Positions 48,058 through 59,736 of a DNA stretch of 64,000 bases are shown here, in pieces. The stretch comes from a virus. The translations under genes were made by a program, and so were the position numbers. Location of the stretch: the IMG/VR virus record IMGVR_UViG_3300045988_167732, positions 96,001-160,000 of that record; one strand, written 5' to 3'. Position 1 is the first letter of the stretch; every line of letters begins with the position of its first letter. Under the pieces are notes generated by a model that was not told the DNA's origin, made no database searches, and saw nothing but the letters and a program-made list of their open reading frames with translations.

Positions 48058-49024
48058 TATATATGATGAAGTAGGGTATATTAAAAATATATTATAGTCA
48101 GGTCTTTCTTAGAAAGAATGGAAAAGAGATTTAATTCTTCTTATTAGATATTACAAACTTGAAGGAAACAAAAAAGCAGAAGCTAAGTTAAAAGCCAAAG
48201 AAAAATGTGAACGTTATGTTATAGGATGGAATAAAAATGTTCACTATGCAACTTTTAACAATATTTTCGAAAAGGCTTGGAAAAAGGAAGACCCGTTAAG
48301 ACAAATTAAGCAAATAGAATTTTCTAAAGAGGTGTTAGACTGGTTTTTGAATTTAAGTGAAACCAGTCTAACACAAGAAGAGTTGGATTCTTTAAAAAGT
48401 AGAAGGTCAAATGTAAAAATTACTAAGAAGCCAATGAATATAAGAAGAATACAATTTCTTTTTACTATTTTTATATGGGTGAAAGTTCAAGAAAATTATT
48501 TGAAAAAGCCAGATAGAATTTATTGGACTGATAGAGACCGAAAAAGGTTCAAGCAAGATGCTGGTTTAACAGCAAGCTTTTCCTTAAAAAACGAGAGAAA
48601 TTTGCTGTATGATATGGGATATATTGATATAAATCATGGTCTAGGGATTATACCTAAATTTATGGACAATGATATTTTTAAAATTTCAGTTACGGATAAA
48701 AACAGAATTTTATTAAGTGGTGATGACCTCTATAATTGCGGAAATTGGATAAAAAGTCAAAAATATCCGCATTATAGATGCGAAAATTGTGGGAAAACGG
48801 TATTTTTCACCTCAAAAAACGCCCCTGAAAAAAGAGGTAGACCCCCTAAATATTGTAAAGATTGTGCAAAATTACTTGGTAAGAAGAGAGTCTTTAAAAC
48901 AGGAGAAAATTTAAGAAAAGTTAAATGCTCAAAGTGTGGGAAAGAAATAGAAATTAATAAATATACTAAATTAACAGACATTTTGTGCCGAGATTGTTTT
49001 AATCAAAATAAAGAAAATGAATAA
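48050..49024 (+). CDS. zinc-ribbon protein (324 aa, two TAG=Gln)
   Basis: YRCENCGKTV..YCKDCAK..VKCSKCGKEI..CRDCF; frame joins to ATG 48050 through TAGs. Confidence 0.7.
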
Positions 49025-49739
49025 TAACTATTTATTATTTTTATGTGTTGGTAAGTTAAAAGAATACGATATTATTAAAAGAAAAGAATGTATAATACAA
49101 TATAAATGGATAGGGGCTTTAAAAATAACAAAATCTTTTGTGTTAAAAATAAATAATAACCTTTTGTCTGAAAAACAGTTATATTTAATAAAAGAAAAAT
49201 GTTATTCAGCTTTTTGCGGAGCTTTATATAAAAGAGGTTTCGTTAATAATATTAAATTGTATAATTCTTTTGTTCACAAAGAAATATTTTTTTTAAAAAG
49301 TGGAGTATTTTCAGAAAAGGAGTTAAAAGAGGAAAAAGATTTTTTTATTAAAGAATATCATACTATTACTTCCACTTTTACAAAAGTAGGCGTAAATTTT
49401 CCAAAAGAACTTTTAAATTCAAAAAGCAATATAGATTGGAACGATAGAAAAGGTAATTGGATAGTTTATCAACATATTTCTCCAAATGGCAAAAGTTATA
49501 TTGGTATAACCCAGCAAGACCCTCTTAAACGATGGAAGAATGGAAACGGATATTACAAGCAGAAGAAATTTTATAACGCTATTAAGAAATATGGATGGGA
49601 AAATTTTCAACATAATATATTAAAAGAAAATATATGTGAAGAAGCCGCTTCTTATTGGGAAAAATATTATATTAAAGAATTTGATAGTTATTATAATGGT
49701 TATAATGCAACCGAAGGTGGTTTATTGTTAAACGATTAA
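49017..49739 (+). CDS. GIY-YIG homing endonuclease
   Basis: WIVYQHISPNGKSYIGITQQDPLKRW...FYNAIKKYGWENFQHNIL. Confidence 0.9.
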   Translation: MNNNYLLFLCVGKLKEYDIIKRKECIIQYKWIGALKITKSFVLKINNNLLSEKQLYLIKEKCYSAFCGALYKRGFVNNIKLYNSFVHKEIFFLKSGVFSEKELKEEKDFFIKEYHTITSTFTKVGVNFPKELLNSKSNIDWNDRKGNWIVYQHISPNGKSYIGITQQDPLKRWKNGNGYYKQKKFYNAIKKYGWENFQHNILKENICEEAASYWEKYYIKEFDSYYNGYNATEGGLLLND

Positions 49740-49886
49740 AAAAGGCATCCTCCGAAAAAATAGGAAAAATAAGTATAGATTTTATATGGTAAAAATGACC
49801 GTTTTTTAAAAAACAATAAAAAAATAAAAGGAGAGAAAAAAGTAAAGTCTCTCCAAATTTAAAAAATAAAAAGGATTGATTAATTT

Positions 49887-50321
49887 ATGATTAAGGTTTC
49901 TAAATACGAGCGTAAAGAATTAGAGAGAGTTGGTCTTCTTAAGAATAGACAGGTTGGTTTGAATCCACAGGATGCAAATTATACTGTTACTAATAGAGAA
50001 CATGTAGGTCGTGATAAGACAATTTATGTTGCTGAAGAACCTGAAATTATGCTGTTCTTGGGTAAGTATGATGATTTGAATCTTCAGAGAATTAGTGTTA
50101 ATCAGTATAACAAGCTTGTTGAAAAGAAGATTTTGAATGATGCAAATACTCAGCGTTGGGGTGAATATAAGGTCAATGCTGTTTGTTTTCAAGATTCATG
50201 CGGCGTTTATCGTTGTAAGAAGATTTCTAAGATTATGCTTGAGCTCGGTATTTGGAGCAATAACAAATCTAAGGGTGGGTATAAACCCCATAAGGTTGTT
50301 GAAGCTCATACTGAAGATTGA
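49887..50321 (+). CDS. hypothetical protein (144 aa)
   Basis: ORF with RBS. Confidence 0.75.
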   Translation: MIKVSKYERKELERVGLLKNRQVGLNPQDANYTVTNREHVGRDKTIYVAEEPEIMLFLGKYDDLNLQRISVNQYNKLVEKKILNDANTQRWGEYKVNAVCFQDSCGVYRCKKISKIMLELGIWSNNKSKGGYKPHKVVEAHTED

Positions 50322-50366
50322 TAGAAACTGTTTCTAAAATTTTTGAAAAAATTTTTTGAAAAACTC

Positions 50367-50395
50367 TTGACAAAGATATAAAATTGTGTTATATA
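50367..50395 (+). promoter_or_regulatory. sigma70-type promoter
   Basis: TTGACA-17-TATATA. Confidence 0.7.
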
Positions 50396-50489
50396 TAAAA
50401 CGAGTCAAGGGAAAACCTTGATAAACAAAGGTTTTAAAAGGTAATTTTAAAAATTAAAATTTAAAAGATTTAAAGGAGTATTTAATATT

Positions 50490-50771
50490 ATGGTTAAGAA
50501 TGAATTTATTGCTGCTATTAAGGACACTGAGGCTTGTGCAGATGTTTCCAAGAAGGATATTGAGGCTGTTATCAAGGGTCTTGACGAGGTTATTACCAAT
50601 GTTGTCGCGTCCGAAGATAGTGTAAAGCTGGGTAGCCTTGGTACGTTCTCTGGTGTTACTCGTCCCGCAAAGACTGCAAGGAATCCCCTCACGGGAGCCA
50701 CCGTAGAGGTTCCTGAGAAGCATGGATATCCTAAGTTCAAGTTCTCTGCTAATATGAAGAAGTGCGATTGA
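50490..50771 (+). CDS. HU/IHF-family DNA-binding protein
   Basis: VKLGSLGTFSGVTRPAKTARNPLTGATVEVPEKHGYPKFKFS. Confidence 0.85.
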   Translation: MVKNEFIAAIKDTEACADVSKKDIEAVIKGLDEVITNVVASEDSVKLGSLGTFSGVTRPAKTARNPLTGATVEVPEKHGYPKFKFSANMKKCD

Positions 50772-50825
50772 TATAATACAAGATTGGTTTCTTTCGAATA
50801 AAGAAATCTTTACAATTAAAAATAG

Positions 50826-50865
50826 CTCCAAGTCATCTTATGGTGGCTTGGGGCTTTTTATATAG
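50826..50865 (+). terminator. intrinsic terminator
   Basis: AGCTCCAAGTCA..TGGCTTGGGGCTTTTTTA. Confidence 0.75.
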
Positions 50866-50873
50866 GTGATACA

Positions 50874-51719
50874 ATGACAAGATTTAGATTGATTAAAGCA
50901 ATTATGGAGGAAACAGGGTATGATAAAGAAACTGTTTCTAATGTAATTGAATCTTTAGAATACAAAATTCTTGATACCATTGCAATGGAAGATTAGCTTG
51001 ATTTTGTGTTTGGTTCTATTTATGGGACTACCAAACCATCTCATAAAATTACAGGATATGTTTCGATGCTTCCTGAAATTAGAAAACAAAAAGCTTGGTC
51101 TTCTGCATTTTTAGGATATCCAATGATTAAGTTTAGTAGAGAGGCTAAAAATTGTGATAGAGTTTATGCAAATGAATTCTTTGCTTGGCCTGAAAATAGA
51201 TATACTTCGTTAGCTAGGAAGTATAGACAAGATGTTGGAGACCCTGAAATTCCAGAATACGAAGGCTTGTCTGAAGAAAAAATTCAAGAGTTGTGTCAAA
51301 AAGCGGATGAAGAAAAAAAAGGTCCTCAGTCTCCTCATCAAAAAGCAAGAGAGGCGAGCAATGAAAGAAAAAGGATTAAACATCAAGAAGCTCGTCATGC
51401 TTTAATGAGACAAATGGACCTAGAAAAACAAAGAGAAAATGGAGTTGCTGAGGAAGATTTGATTGAGCGACCATTTGAAGATATTTTGGAAGACATGAAA
51501 GCTGAATGGTGGCAAACTCATGAAGATTTTCAAAAAAACTGGAAACCATATTTAGCCGACCCTGAAAAAGTCAAGGAAAGGCAAGCTGCTCGTTTGCAAC
51601 ATGCAAAAGAGCATAAAGAGTGGATGAAACGACAAGCTGAACTCAAAAACAAGAGAAACGAAGCTTGGCAAGGAGAAATTAACGATGACGGAATAGCAGT
51701 TGAGAAAAACGACAGTTGA
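50874..51719 (+). CDS. divergent HU-fold N-terminus plus long charged extension (281 aa, one TAG=Gln)
   Basis: GYDKETVSNVIESLEYKILDTIAMED(Q)LDFVFGSIYG..YPMIKFSREAK parallels the HU protein. Confidence 0.6.
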
Positions 51720-52458
51720 ATGGTTTTATCGCTGGGTTGGTTTTAGTGTGGCTAATGGCAAACATAAATGGATTATTGATATTTATAATAGAATAACCCC
51801 CTTACCAGCAAATCATATGATGCTGTATACAGAACCTTGGTGTGCAGCTACCGTTTCTGCTCTTGGAGAGAGATTAAATTTGACGGAATATATTTATCCT
51901 GAATGCAGTTGTAACAGGATGATAGCTCTTTATCAGAAGAATGGAAGATGGGAAGAAAGAGACGATTACAAACCTCAAATTGGAGATTTGTGTTTTTACG
52001 ATTGGCAAGATAGTGGAGTTGGAGAATGTACTGGAGAAGCTGACCATGTTGGCATGGTTTGTGATGTAAGTGGAAACACCTTTAAAGTTTTAGAGGGAAA
52101 TTATTCCAATGAAGTTAAGAGTCGCACAATGCAAATTGATGGTAAATATATTAGAGGTTTTGGTTTACCAAATTATGCTAAAGCTGCAATCGGTTATAAA
52201 GTTCCAGTTGATAAAACCAATATTAGAACTATGGCTGGCCAAGTACCCTATTTAAACATAGACAATAATAACGAAGCTGTTAAAATGGCTAAGATTCTTT
52301 TTAATACTTTAGGGTTTAATGCTGGGACAGATACAATTTTCGATGAATAGCTGGAAAATGTAGTAAAACAATACCAAAAGATGTATGGTTTGAGATAGAA
52401 CGGTGTAATTAACAGAGATGTTTGGTTGTTATTGCTTTAGGGAAAACCTAAGAAGTAA
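51700..52458 (+). CDS. CHAP-type endolysin with C-terminal peptidoglycan-binding-like segment (252 aa, three TAG=Gln)
   Basis: PWCAATVSALGERL...CFYDW..ADHVGMVCDVSGNTFKVLEGN; readthrough gives KILFNTLGFNAGTDTIFDEQLENVVKQYQKMYGLRQNGVINRDVWLLLLQGKPKK. Confidence 0.7.
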
Positions 52459-52488
52459 TTAATTATTAAGAGAAGGATGGTGAATTTT

Positions 52489-52692
52489 ATGGCTGGACCT
52501 GTTCGCAGAAAGTCTCTTAAAACTCTAATCAAGGAAGTGACAGTTGGATTAGCCAACACTTTCCGTAATAATATTAATGAAAATAATAAGAATATTGCGG
52601 AAACAGTGGATAATTTGCCTGATATCGCTATCAGTAAAGAACAACCAGTTGATTAGAAAGCAGGAGACTTCTGGTTTCAAATTGTAGATTAA
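52489..52692 (+). CDS. small protein (67 aa, one TAG=Gln), not in ORF track
   Basis: MAGPVRRKSLKTLIKEVTVGLANTFRNNINENNKNIAETVDNLPDIAISKEQPVDQKAGDFWFQIVD. Confidence 0.65.
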
Positions 52693-52733
52693 TTAAATTT
52701 TTTTGGAATTAAAAGGTTTAGAAGGTGTGTTAA

Positions 52734-54377
52734 ATGGCTAAATTAACAAACAATAGGGCTAAAGCTGCCATTGCTAAAGAATAGAAAAGATTAGATGCCA
52801 TTCAAAAGAAAATGGAGACACAAAGAAAAAAAGAGGAATTTGGAGAATCTTGGAAATATTCTTTAAAAGATGAGCATAAACAGGCTCTAAAAGAAATTGT
52901 TGGGGACCTTGGTACACCAAATCTTGTAGATTCTGTTGATTATAATAGTTTTTTTGACCCTATTAATTTTTATAAAGAAGAAGATGGAAGTGTAAGATAG
53001 CTTGATTACAAGAAATACTTGGAATACGAAGAAGCTTATCAAGAAGTTATTGATGATTGTGATAAAATTATAAATGATGAAATAGATACTTCTAACGATT
53101 CAGCTAAAGAGCAATTAAGCACCCATCTTACTAAAAAAACAGAAAAGAAAAAGAGTAAGCCTAAAATACCCGAATACTTACAAAAGCTTTATTAGAATTG
53201 GACAAAATATTTTAATAGGTTTGTTCCATTGTATGATAAATATGTATGTTCATGTTGTGGAAAAGCATTGCCACAAGATAAATATTTCCTTGCATACAAT
53301 GAAGGGAATTTGGGTAGAATAGAAGCTAATGGAAAAATGCACACACATATTTGTATGGATTGTTGTAAAAATTTATACGAATATTTGTTTTATGAAAAAG
53401 CAGACAAAGATGGCGAAAAAGCAATGAAATGGTTTTGTAGTTATCTTAATATATATTATGATGATGTTAGTTATTTTAAAGCTAAAAAAGCAATGGAGGA
53501 GAAAGATAGAAAAACTCATATAGTTGAAGAATATATGAGTGTTATTTCTCGCAGTGCTACTTTAAAAGGAAAAGTTTTTTTGGAATCACCCGATGTTGAT
53601 GTGAATCAAAACAAAGGGGATTCAAAAGCTGATAAAATAATTAACAGCAATACAGGCAATGTGCCTGAAGATTTAGAAGAAGAATGGAGCAAAGCTGACC
53701 TCGAAGCAAAAAGACAAGTTATTAAGATGGTTGGTTATGACCCGTTTTATTTTGAAATTGAAAAGGATAGAAAAATTCTTTATAAAGATTTACTTGGTAT
53801 GATGGAATAGGGTATGGAGCTTGATGGACTTAAAGTCCAAGCTGCTATTTAGATTGTCCTTTCTTTTAAAAATATTCGTGAATTAAATGAAAAATATAGA
53901 AAGAAAAGTGATGAAGATGCTCCTGTTTCAGAATTAAAAGCGTTATCTGAATTAAAGAAAAAAGAGCTCGAAACAATTACAAGCTTTAGTAGAGATAATG
54001 GCTTTGGCGAGCGTTACGCTATCAGTAAAGCCAAAGGTGAAAACACATTCTCTGGTATTATGGCTAAGATGAATGAGATGAAGTATGAAAATGCTATTCT
54101 TAATATGTATGATGTTGAGACTAGCAAGAGTATTAATCAAGCTGCTGATGCAAGTTTTGCAGCTATTTTCAATCAACTTAATATGAGTGAAGCGGAAGTG
54201 TACAAAACTTGTCAAGATTAGCTTAAAAAATTGCTTTCGTTGTAGAGAGAAAACGCCACGCTCACTGAAAATTTAAGATTGGCTAAACGTGAATTAGCTG
54301 AGAAAAAATTGGAAGAAGAAAAGCGTCAATACGACAAAGAAAATGGTGATGATGGCGATAGTTGGGGTGGTTATTAA
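52734..54377 (+). CDS. 547-aa protein just upstream of terL (possible small-terminase/packaging protein), seven TAG=Gln
   Basis: One continuous frame through ORFs 52812 and 53229 to TAA overlapping the terL ATG (TAATG). Confidence 0.7.
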
Positions 54378-54928
54378 TGATTAATGTTATTTTTAATGAC
54401 TTTAGTTATGAACTGCTTCCAAAAAGAAAAGAAATTTTTGAAAAATATACTAAGATAATTTAGTGGGGAAGAGCAAACCCAACAAGATTTATTGAAGATT
54501 TTTTTAAAATATAGTTAACTGATATGCAAAAATATGTTTTGCTGAGTAGTTGGTGCCCTGCAAACTGTGTGTGGCTTATGGGTCGTAACAGTGGTAAATC
54601 ATTTTTAGCTGCACCTTTTATGATGGCAAGAGCACTTTTGTTACCAAATACTAATACATATATTATGGCTCCGAGTGGAGGTCAGTCTCAAGAAACATTT
54701 TAGAAGATGGAAGATATGGCAAAAGGTAATATTGCTTCTTTGCTGGGAACATCTTCTGTGTTCTTAGATGAATGTGTTAGAGCAAATACTTAGGCTGACC
54801 CATTTGTTCATCCCAAGAGCGGATATACAGTTAGCTTGTATAATGGTAGTACAATTAATACGCTAAACAGTGTAATAAAGAATATCGTGGGTATAAGAAG
54901 CTCGTTCAGTGTATATGACGAAGCGGGT
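54377..54928 (+). CDS. terL: Terminase large subunit, exon 1
   Basis: VWLMGRNSGKSFLAAPF (Walker A) ... SFSVYDEAG (Walker B); four TAG=Gln. Confidence 0.85.
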
Positions 54929-55965
54929 GAAATGATTTTGCCCATACTCCTTGAACTGCTGGAACGTCCTTAGAGCTTTATAAACTACAACGTAATTTGC
55001 AAAAATAAGCGTGAATGTTTAAAAATTATAAAGATTGGATAATCAGCAACTAAGCTTCCAATATGGAAGAAAGCTCAACGACTATCTCGAAAGAGAGTAG
55101 GGGGATTAATATCCTTCGAAGCGGGGAGCACTCTTTAAGAGTGAAGATATAGTCTAAACATTATAGAAATATAATGAATAGTTTACAAAGAGGTGAAACA
55201 AGTGAATCCTATTCAAGCAAAAGAAAACGAAACATATTTGGAATATATTAATAGGATATTAACTTCTCGTCCCAATAAAAAGATTTCAAAATCTTAGCAA
55301 AAACATCATATATTACCTAAAAGTAGAGGTGGTAGCAATGATGAAGATAATTTAATTTGGCTTTTTGCTTCTGAACACGCTAAAGCTCATTATCTTTATA
55401 GTAAAGAACATCCTCATGATAGTGGAATGGCTTATGCAGGAGATTCATTATCACATAAAGATGGAACTTTGTTATCAGATGAAGAAATAAACGAATTAGC
55501 TGAAAGAAACTCTAAATTACAAAGTGAAAGAGTTTCAGGTGAAAAGAATCCCATGTATGGTAAACACCATACAGAAGAATCTAAAAAAAAGAATGCTGAA
55601 AAGAATAAAAAGACAACTAATTGGAAAAATAATCAATATTTCAGTTCATGGATAGCTGGTGAAAACCATCCTCGATATGGATGTCACAATTCCGATGAGC
55701 ATAAGCAAAAGCAAGCCGAATCAATGAAACGGAAAACAGCACGGGCAAAGAATGGAAGAGCTATTGCTGTTAAATGTTTAAATACAGGAGAAGTTTTTGA
55801 ATGTCAACAATTTGCTGCTAATTGGTGTAAAATGAGTAAACCTTCTGATATAAAAAGAAGTATTTTAAAAAGTACCGATGAACATAAATATTCAGCAGGA
55901 AGACATCCAGAAACCAAAGAAAAATTATATTGGGAATTTGTAAATGATAATTGAAAATCGACAGG
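54929..55965 (+). ncRNA. Group I intron 1 in terL
   Basis: Exon GGGT pairs with intron GCCC (U.G at splice site); core strings AATCAGCAACCAAGC and GAAGATATAGTCTAA; intron ends in G; phase 0. Confidence 0.75.
55202..55954 (+). CDS. intron-encoded HNH endonuclease with NUMOD3-like repeats (one TAG=Gln)
   Basis: KHHILPKSRGGSNDEDNLIWLFASEHAKAHYL; GEKNPMYGKHHTEES; GENHPRYG. Confidence 0.85.
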
Positions 55966-56319
55966 ACATTCTTTGCCTTGTCTCGTCCTTTTACCGCACA
56001 GGATACAAACTTTATTACTGGTGATGGTATTAATACAGATATATATCCAAGACAGCTACCGAACAAAAAGTTATTATTAAGTTCTGCTGAAGGTATTGAT
56101 AGCGAACTTTTTGACCAATATAAGATGGCATTTGAAAAAATGTTATTAGGAGACCCAAATTATTTTGTGTGTGATATTAGTTGTGAGTTTTCATTACATC
56201 CTTTTATGAATGGTAAGCCTATGAAACCACTGATTACTTAGGATGAAGTTGATAACGCATTTGCTACTAATCCATACAAAGCAGAACGTGAGCAAATCGA
56301 AAAGAAATACTCCGCACAT
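55966..56319 (+). CDS. terL: Terminase large subunit, exon 2
   Basis: TFFALSRPFTAQDTNFITGDGINTDIY...LLLSSAEG...EQIEKKYSAH. Confidence 0.8.
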
Positions 56320-56649
56320 TTAGTGATAAGTGTGTGCATCCCATTGAACTGCTGGGAGTTCTTAAAGGTTTTTGTACTACAGCATAATTATGAAATAAGA
56401 ATAAGTGCGAATGTTACGAAAGTAAAAAGAAACAAAAACATGGTGCATGGTTAAATCCTAAACACTATATAATAGATAATCAGCAGCCAAGTCTTTAACA
56501 GAGAAAGGTTCAACGACTATCCCGTGACTGGGAGTAGGGGTTGTTAAAGAATAACAACTTCGAAGTGGTGGGACATCTTAATGAGATGATGATATAGTCT
56601 AAGCTTATATGAAAATATAAGAAGTAGGTTGTTTAACTGAAAATACTTG
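56320..56649 (+). ncRNA. Group I intron 2 in terL (330 nt, no ORF)
   Basis: Exon GCACAT pairs with intron GTGTGC; core strings AATCAGCAGCCAAG and GATGATATAGTCTAA; phase 0. Confidence 0.75.
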
Positions 56650-57027
56650 TACAAGAATCGTTTTGATAGAGATGGTGGTGAAGATGTTTTTGTAAAACGC
56701 TCGACGATTTTACGAAACAGCTTTGCATATTATCCAGTATATGAAAATGACGGAACTAAAAGATATATTTTAGCGTTTGACCCGGCTTCGAAACTAGATA
56801 ATTCTATTGTTTTAGCTGGAGAAATTTTTAGAGACAAAGAAAAAGGTTTAATGTTAAAAATAGTCAATTGTGAGAATTTAATTGAACTTTTACCGAATGG
56901 TGATAAAGCAATAATTCAAAAGCCACAACAAATCGAAATGGTTAAAGATATGCTTATCAATTATAATAAAGGCGCTTTAGATTACGATAACATTGAACTT
57001 CTTTCGATTGACGCTGGTGCTGGTGGT
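56650..57027 (+). CDS. terL: Terminase large subunit, exon 3
   Basis: YKNRFDRDGGEDVFVKRST...YILAFDPASKLDNS...IELLSIDAGAGG. Confidence 0.85.
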
Positions 57028-58241
57028 TAAATTCGTAGCTACCCTATATAGTAATATATAGTAAAAAACACATTGAACTGCTGGGAAGCCCTTAGAGTTT
57101 AATTAACTACAACATAATTTGAAAAAATAAATGTGAAAGTTTAAAAATAATTAAAATTGGGTAATCAGCAACCAAGCTCTTGTAAAATGGAGAAGGCTCA
57201 ACGACCATCTCGAAAGAGAGTAGGAGAAATCCGAAGCGGTGTGCTCCTTGTTTAAAGGATGAAGATATGGTCTAAACATTGTAGAAATATAATGAATAAA
57301 TAATGGGAGGAAATATGCCAAGGCGAAAAACACAAGAACAATTTGAGAAAGATATTTTTGATATAAATCCAAACATAATAGTTACTAGTTCATATATTAA
57401 CAATTATACAAAAGTTGGATTTAAATGCAAAGTTTGTGGATACGAATGGGAAGCAGAGCCTAAAAGTATCACTTATAACAAAACTTCTTGTAGAAAATGT
57501 ATTGGTCATGTTTTATTAACCCAAGAAGAATTTGAGGAAAGATTAAAGAAAGTAAATCCTGATATAACAGTAATCGGCAAATATACAGGGTATAATAATA
57601 AAATAAGAGTAAAATGTAACATAGATGGAAGAGAATGGAATGCTTTTCCATAGAGATTATTAAAAGGTGTGGGTTGTTTGGAATGTATGGAAAGAAAATT
57701 TCATGAAGAAAGAGCCTTTACTTTAGAGTAGTTTAAAGAAAAAATGAAAGAGTTAGCTCCATCTTTAGAAATTTTGAGTACTTCTTATACCAATTTAAGA
57801 GACAGAATAAAATATAGATGCAAAGTGTGTCGGTATGAAGGAGAAGTGTTAGGAACAACTTTATTGACTAAAGGTAATCGGTGTCCATAGTGTACAGCAT
57901 CAAGTGGTGAGAAAATAGTTAGAGATTGGTTAGAAACTAACAAAGTTAATTTCGTTTTTCAAAAAACTTTTGATGACTGCAAAGATAAAAGAGTTCTTCC
58001 ATTTGATTTTTACTTGCCAGATAAAAATATTATTATTGAATATGATGGACAATAGCATTTTAAGCCAGTTACGTTTGGTGGGATTTCAAAAGAACAAGCA
58101 GAATATAATTTTAGCGAAAATAAAAGGCGCGATAAAATAAAAGATGAATATTGTAAAGAAAAAGGGATAGAATTAATAAGAATTCCTTATACGAAGAAAA
58201 CTAAAATTCCTCAAATTTTGAAAGAGAAAATATTATAATTG
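57028..58241 (+). ncRNA. Group I intron 3 in terL
   Basis: Exon GGTGGT pairs with intron GCTACC; core nearly identical to intron 1; phase 0. Confidence 0.75.
57315..58238 (+). CDS. intron-encoded zinc-ribbon/EDxHD (Vsr-fold) endonuclease (four TAG=Gln)
   Basis: Repeated F.CKVCGYEW/RCKVCRYEG modules; FDFYLPDKNIIIEYDGQ(Q)HFKPVTFGG; last Q of QQ is TAG. Confidence 0.8.
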
Positions 58242-58898
58242 GGCGGATTTGATATTTCTCAGTTCCTTTTAAATGATTGGGTCGGTTCTGATGGTAAACG
58301 TCATTTAGGTCTTATAGATGAAGAAGACCCATATATGAAATTACGCGCAGATGATTATCCTGCAAATATAAGAAAATTGCAGTTGTTCAATTTTAAACGT
58401 GATAAAGTTCAAGCTTATGAAAGAACTCAAGCTGCAATTAACCAAGGATTAGTAATGTTTCCAAAGAGTTTAAATGCTCGTAACGAGATGGAAATTGAAG
58501 AGGTTGCTTCCGATGGAACAACTTCAATAAGATATGAAAAGGTTTCGTTTGATGAAATGAACTCTTTGATATAGATTGATTTAACTAAAGAAGAGTTAGT
58601 TGGTATGCAAAAGCAAAAAAGACCAAATGGTACGATTGTTTTTGAACTTTCTCCTGATGCCAAGCAAAAAAATATGCATGATGACCGAGTTGACTGTGTA
58701 GCAATGATGTGTAATCATTTGATGGAGTTGCGTGCCAAAGAAGTGTTGGAGTTGGAAGAAAAACCTAAGACAGAATTTAAAGAAATGTTTGCAAAACAAA
58801 AGAGTGCGAACAAGAGTAATAGTTCTAATCCTTTTAATGGATTAGGACAGGTAAATCCACTTTCTACTAAATATAGAAGAGGTGGAAGGTTTGGATGA
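58242..58898 (+). CDS. terL: Terminase large subunit, exon 4
   Basis: GGFDISQFLLNDWVGSDGKRHLGLIDEED...DDRVDCVAMM; TGA stop. Exons total 647 codons. Confidence 0.85.
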
Positions 58899-58937
58899 TA
58901 TTAACGATTAATATAACAAGAAAGGAGGAGTAGGATT

Positions 58938-59321
58938 TTGTTAAAAATAAATAACGGGGTAATTTCATTAACTCGTGGCGATGACTGCGTAATAGATTTA
59001 CAGATTTATACTCCTGATAATTAGGAATACAGTCCAAGAGAAGGAGAAAAAGCAAGGTTTACAGTTAGAAAGCATCCTTTGTATAATAACGCTACTCCTC
59101 CTTTAATCGAAAAAGATTTTGAATTTGTTGAGCTTGAAAGCACTTCTAAGAATGAAAAAGATGAAGAAAAGACGAAAGTTTGGCGAATTAAAATTAAAGG
59201 AATTGATACGAAATTTCTAACATACGGAGGCTATTTGTACGACGTATAGTTTTGTGATATAAAAGGGAATATAACCACTGTTTGCAAAGGTAAATTTATA
59301 TTGACATATGAAATTGGGTAA
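58938..59321 (+). CDS. hypothetical virion protein (127 aa, two TAG=Gln)
   Basis: LLKINNGVISLTRGDDCVIDLQIYTPDNQEYSPREGEKARFTVRK... Confidence 0.6.
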
Positions 59322-59362
59322 TACTCCTTATTAAAAGAAATGAAAGGAGAGTTTTATTTACG

Positions 59363-59641
59363 ATGGTAAGAAGAGATTATAGTGGAATGACACTGATAAC
59401 GCCTGATTCTCCTAAGTATAATAGAGGAGTATTATATGGTGTATTAAATGCTGGAATTGAAGAAATTCCCGCAAAAGATATGAAGCTTGAAGATTTAAAA
59501 GATGTAAAGATATCTGAAAGTGGAGTAGAAGATAAAGATATTCTCATGTATAATAAAGAGAATGAAGCATGGGAAAATAAGAATATGGATAAGTATTTGG
59601 AAGATAACTTGGTAGATGGTGGTGGAGTCCCACGGTTCTAA
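59363..59641 (+). CDS. small protein ending DGGGVPRF (92 aa)
   Basis: ORF with RBS. Confidence 0.75.
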   Translation: MVRRDYSGMTLITPDSPKYNRGVLYGVLNAGIEEIPAKDMKLEDLKDVKISESGVEDKDILMYNKENEAWENKNMDKYLEDNLVDGGGVPRF

Positions 59642-59736
59642 GGAGTCTTTTTCAAATAAATAGCTATTTAATTATAGCGAATTAAAATATTTTGCAAAAC
59701 ATTTTAATTAGGTAAATAGGAGGTGTAAAGACAAGA

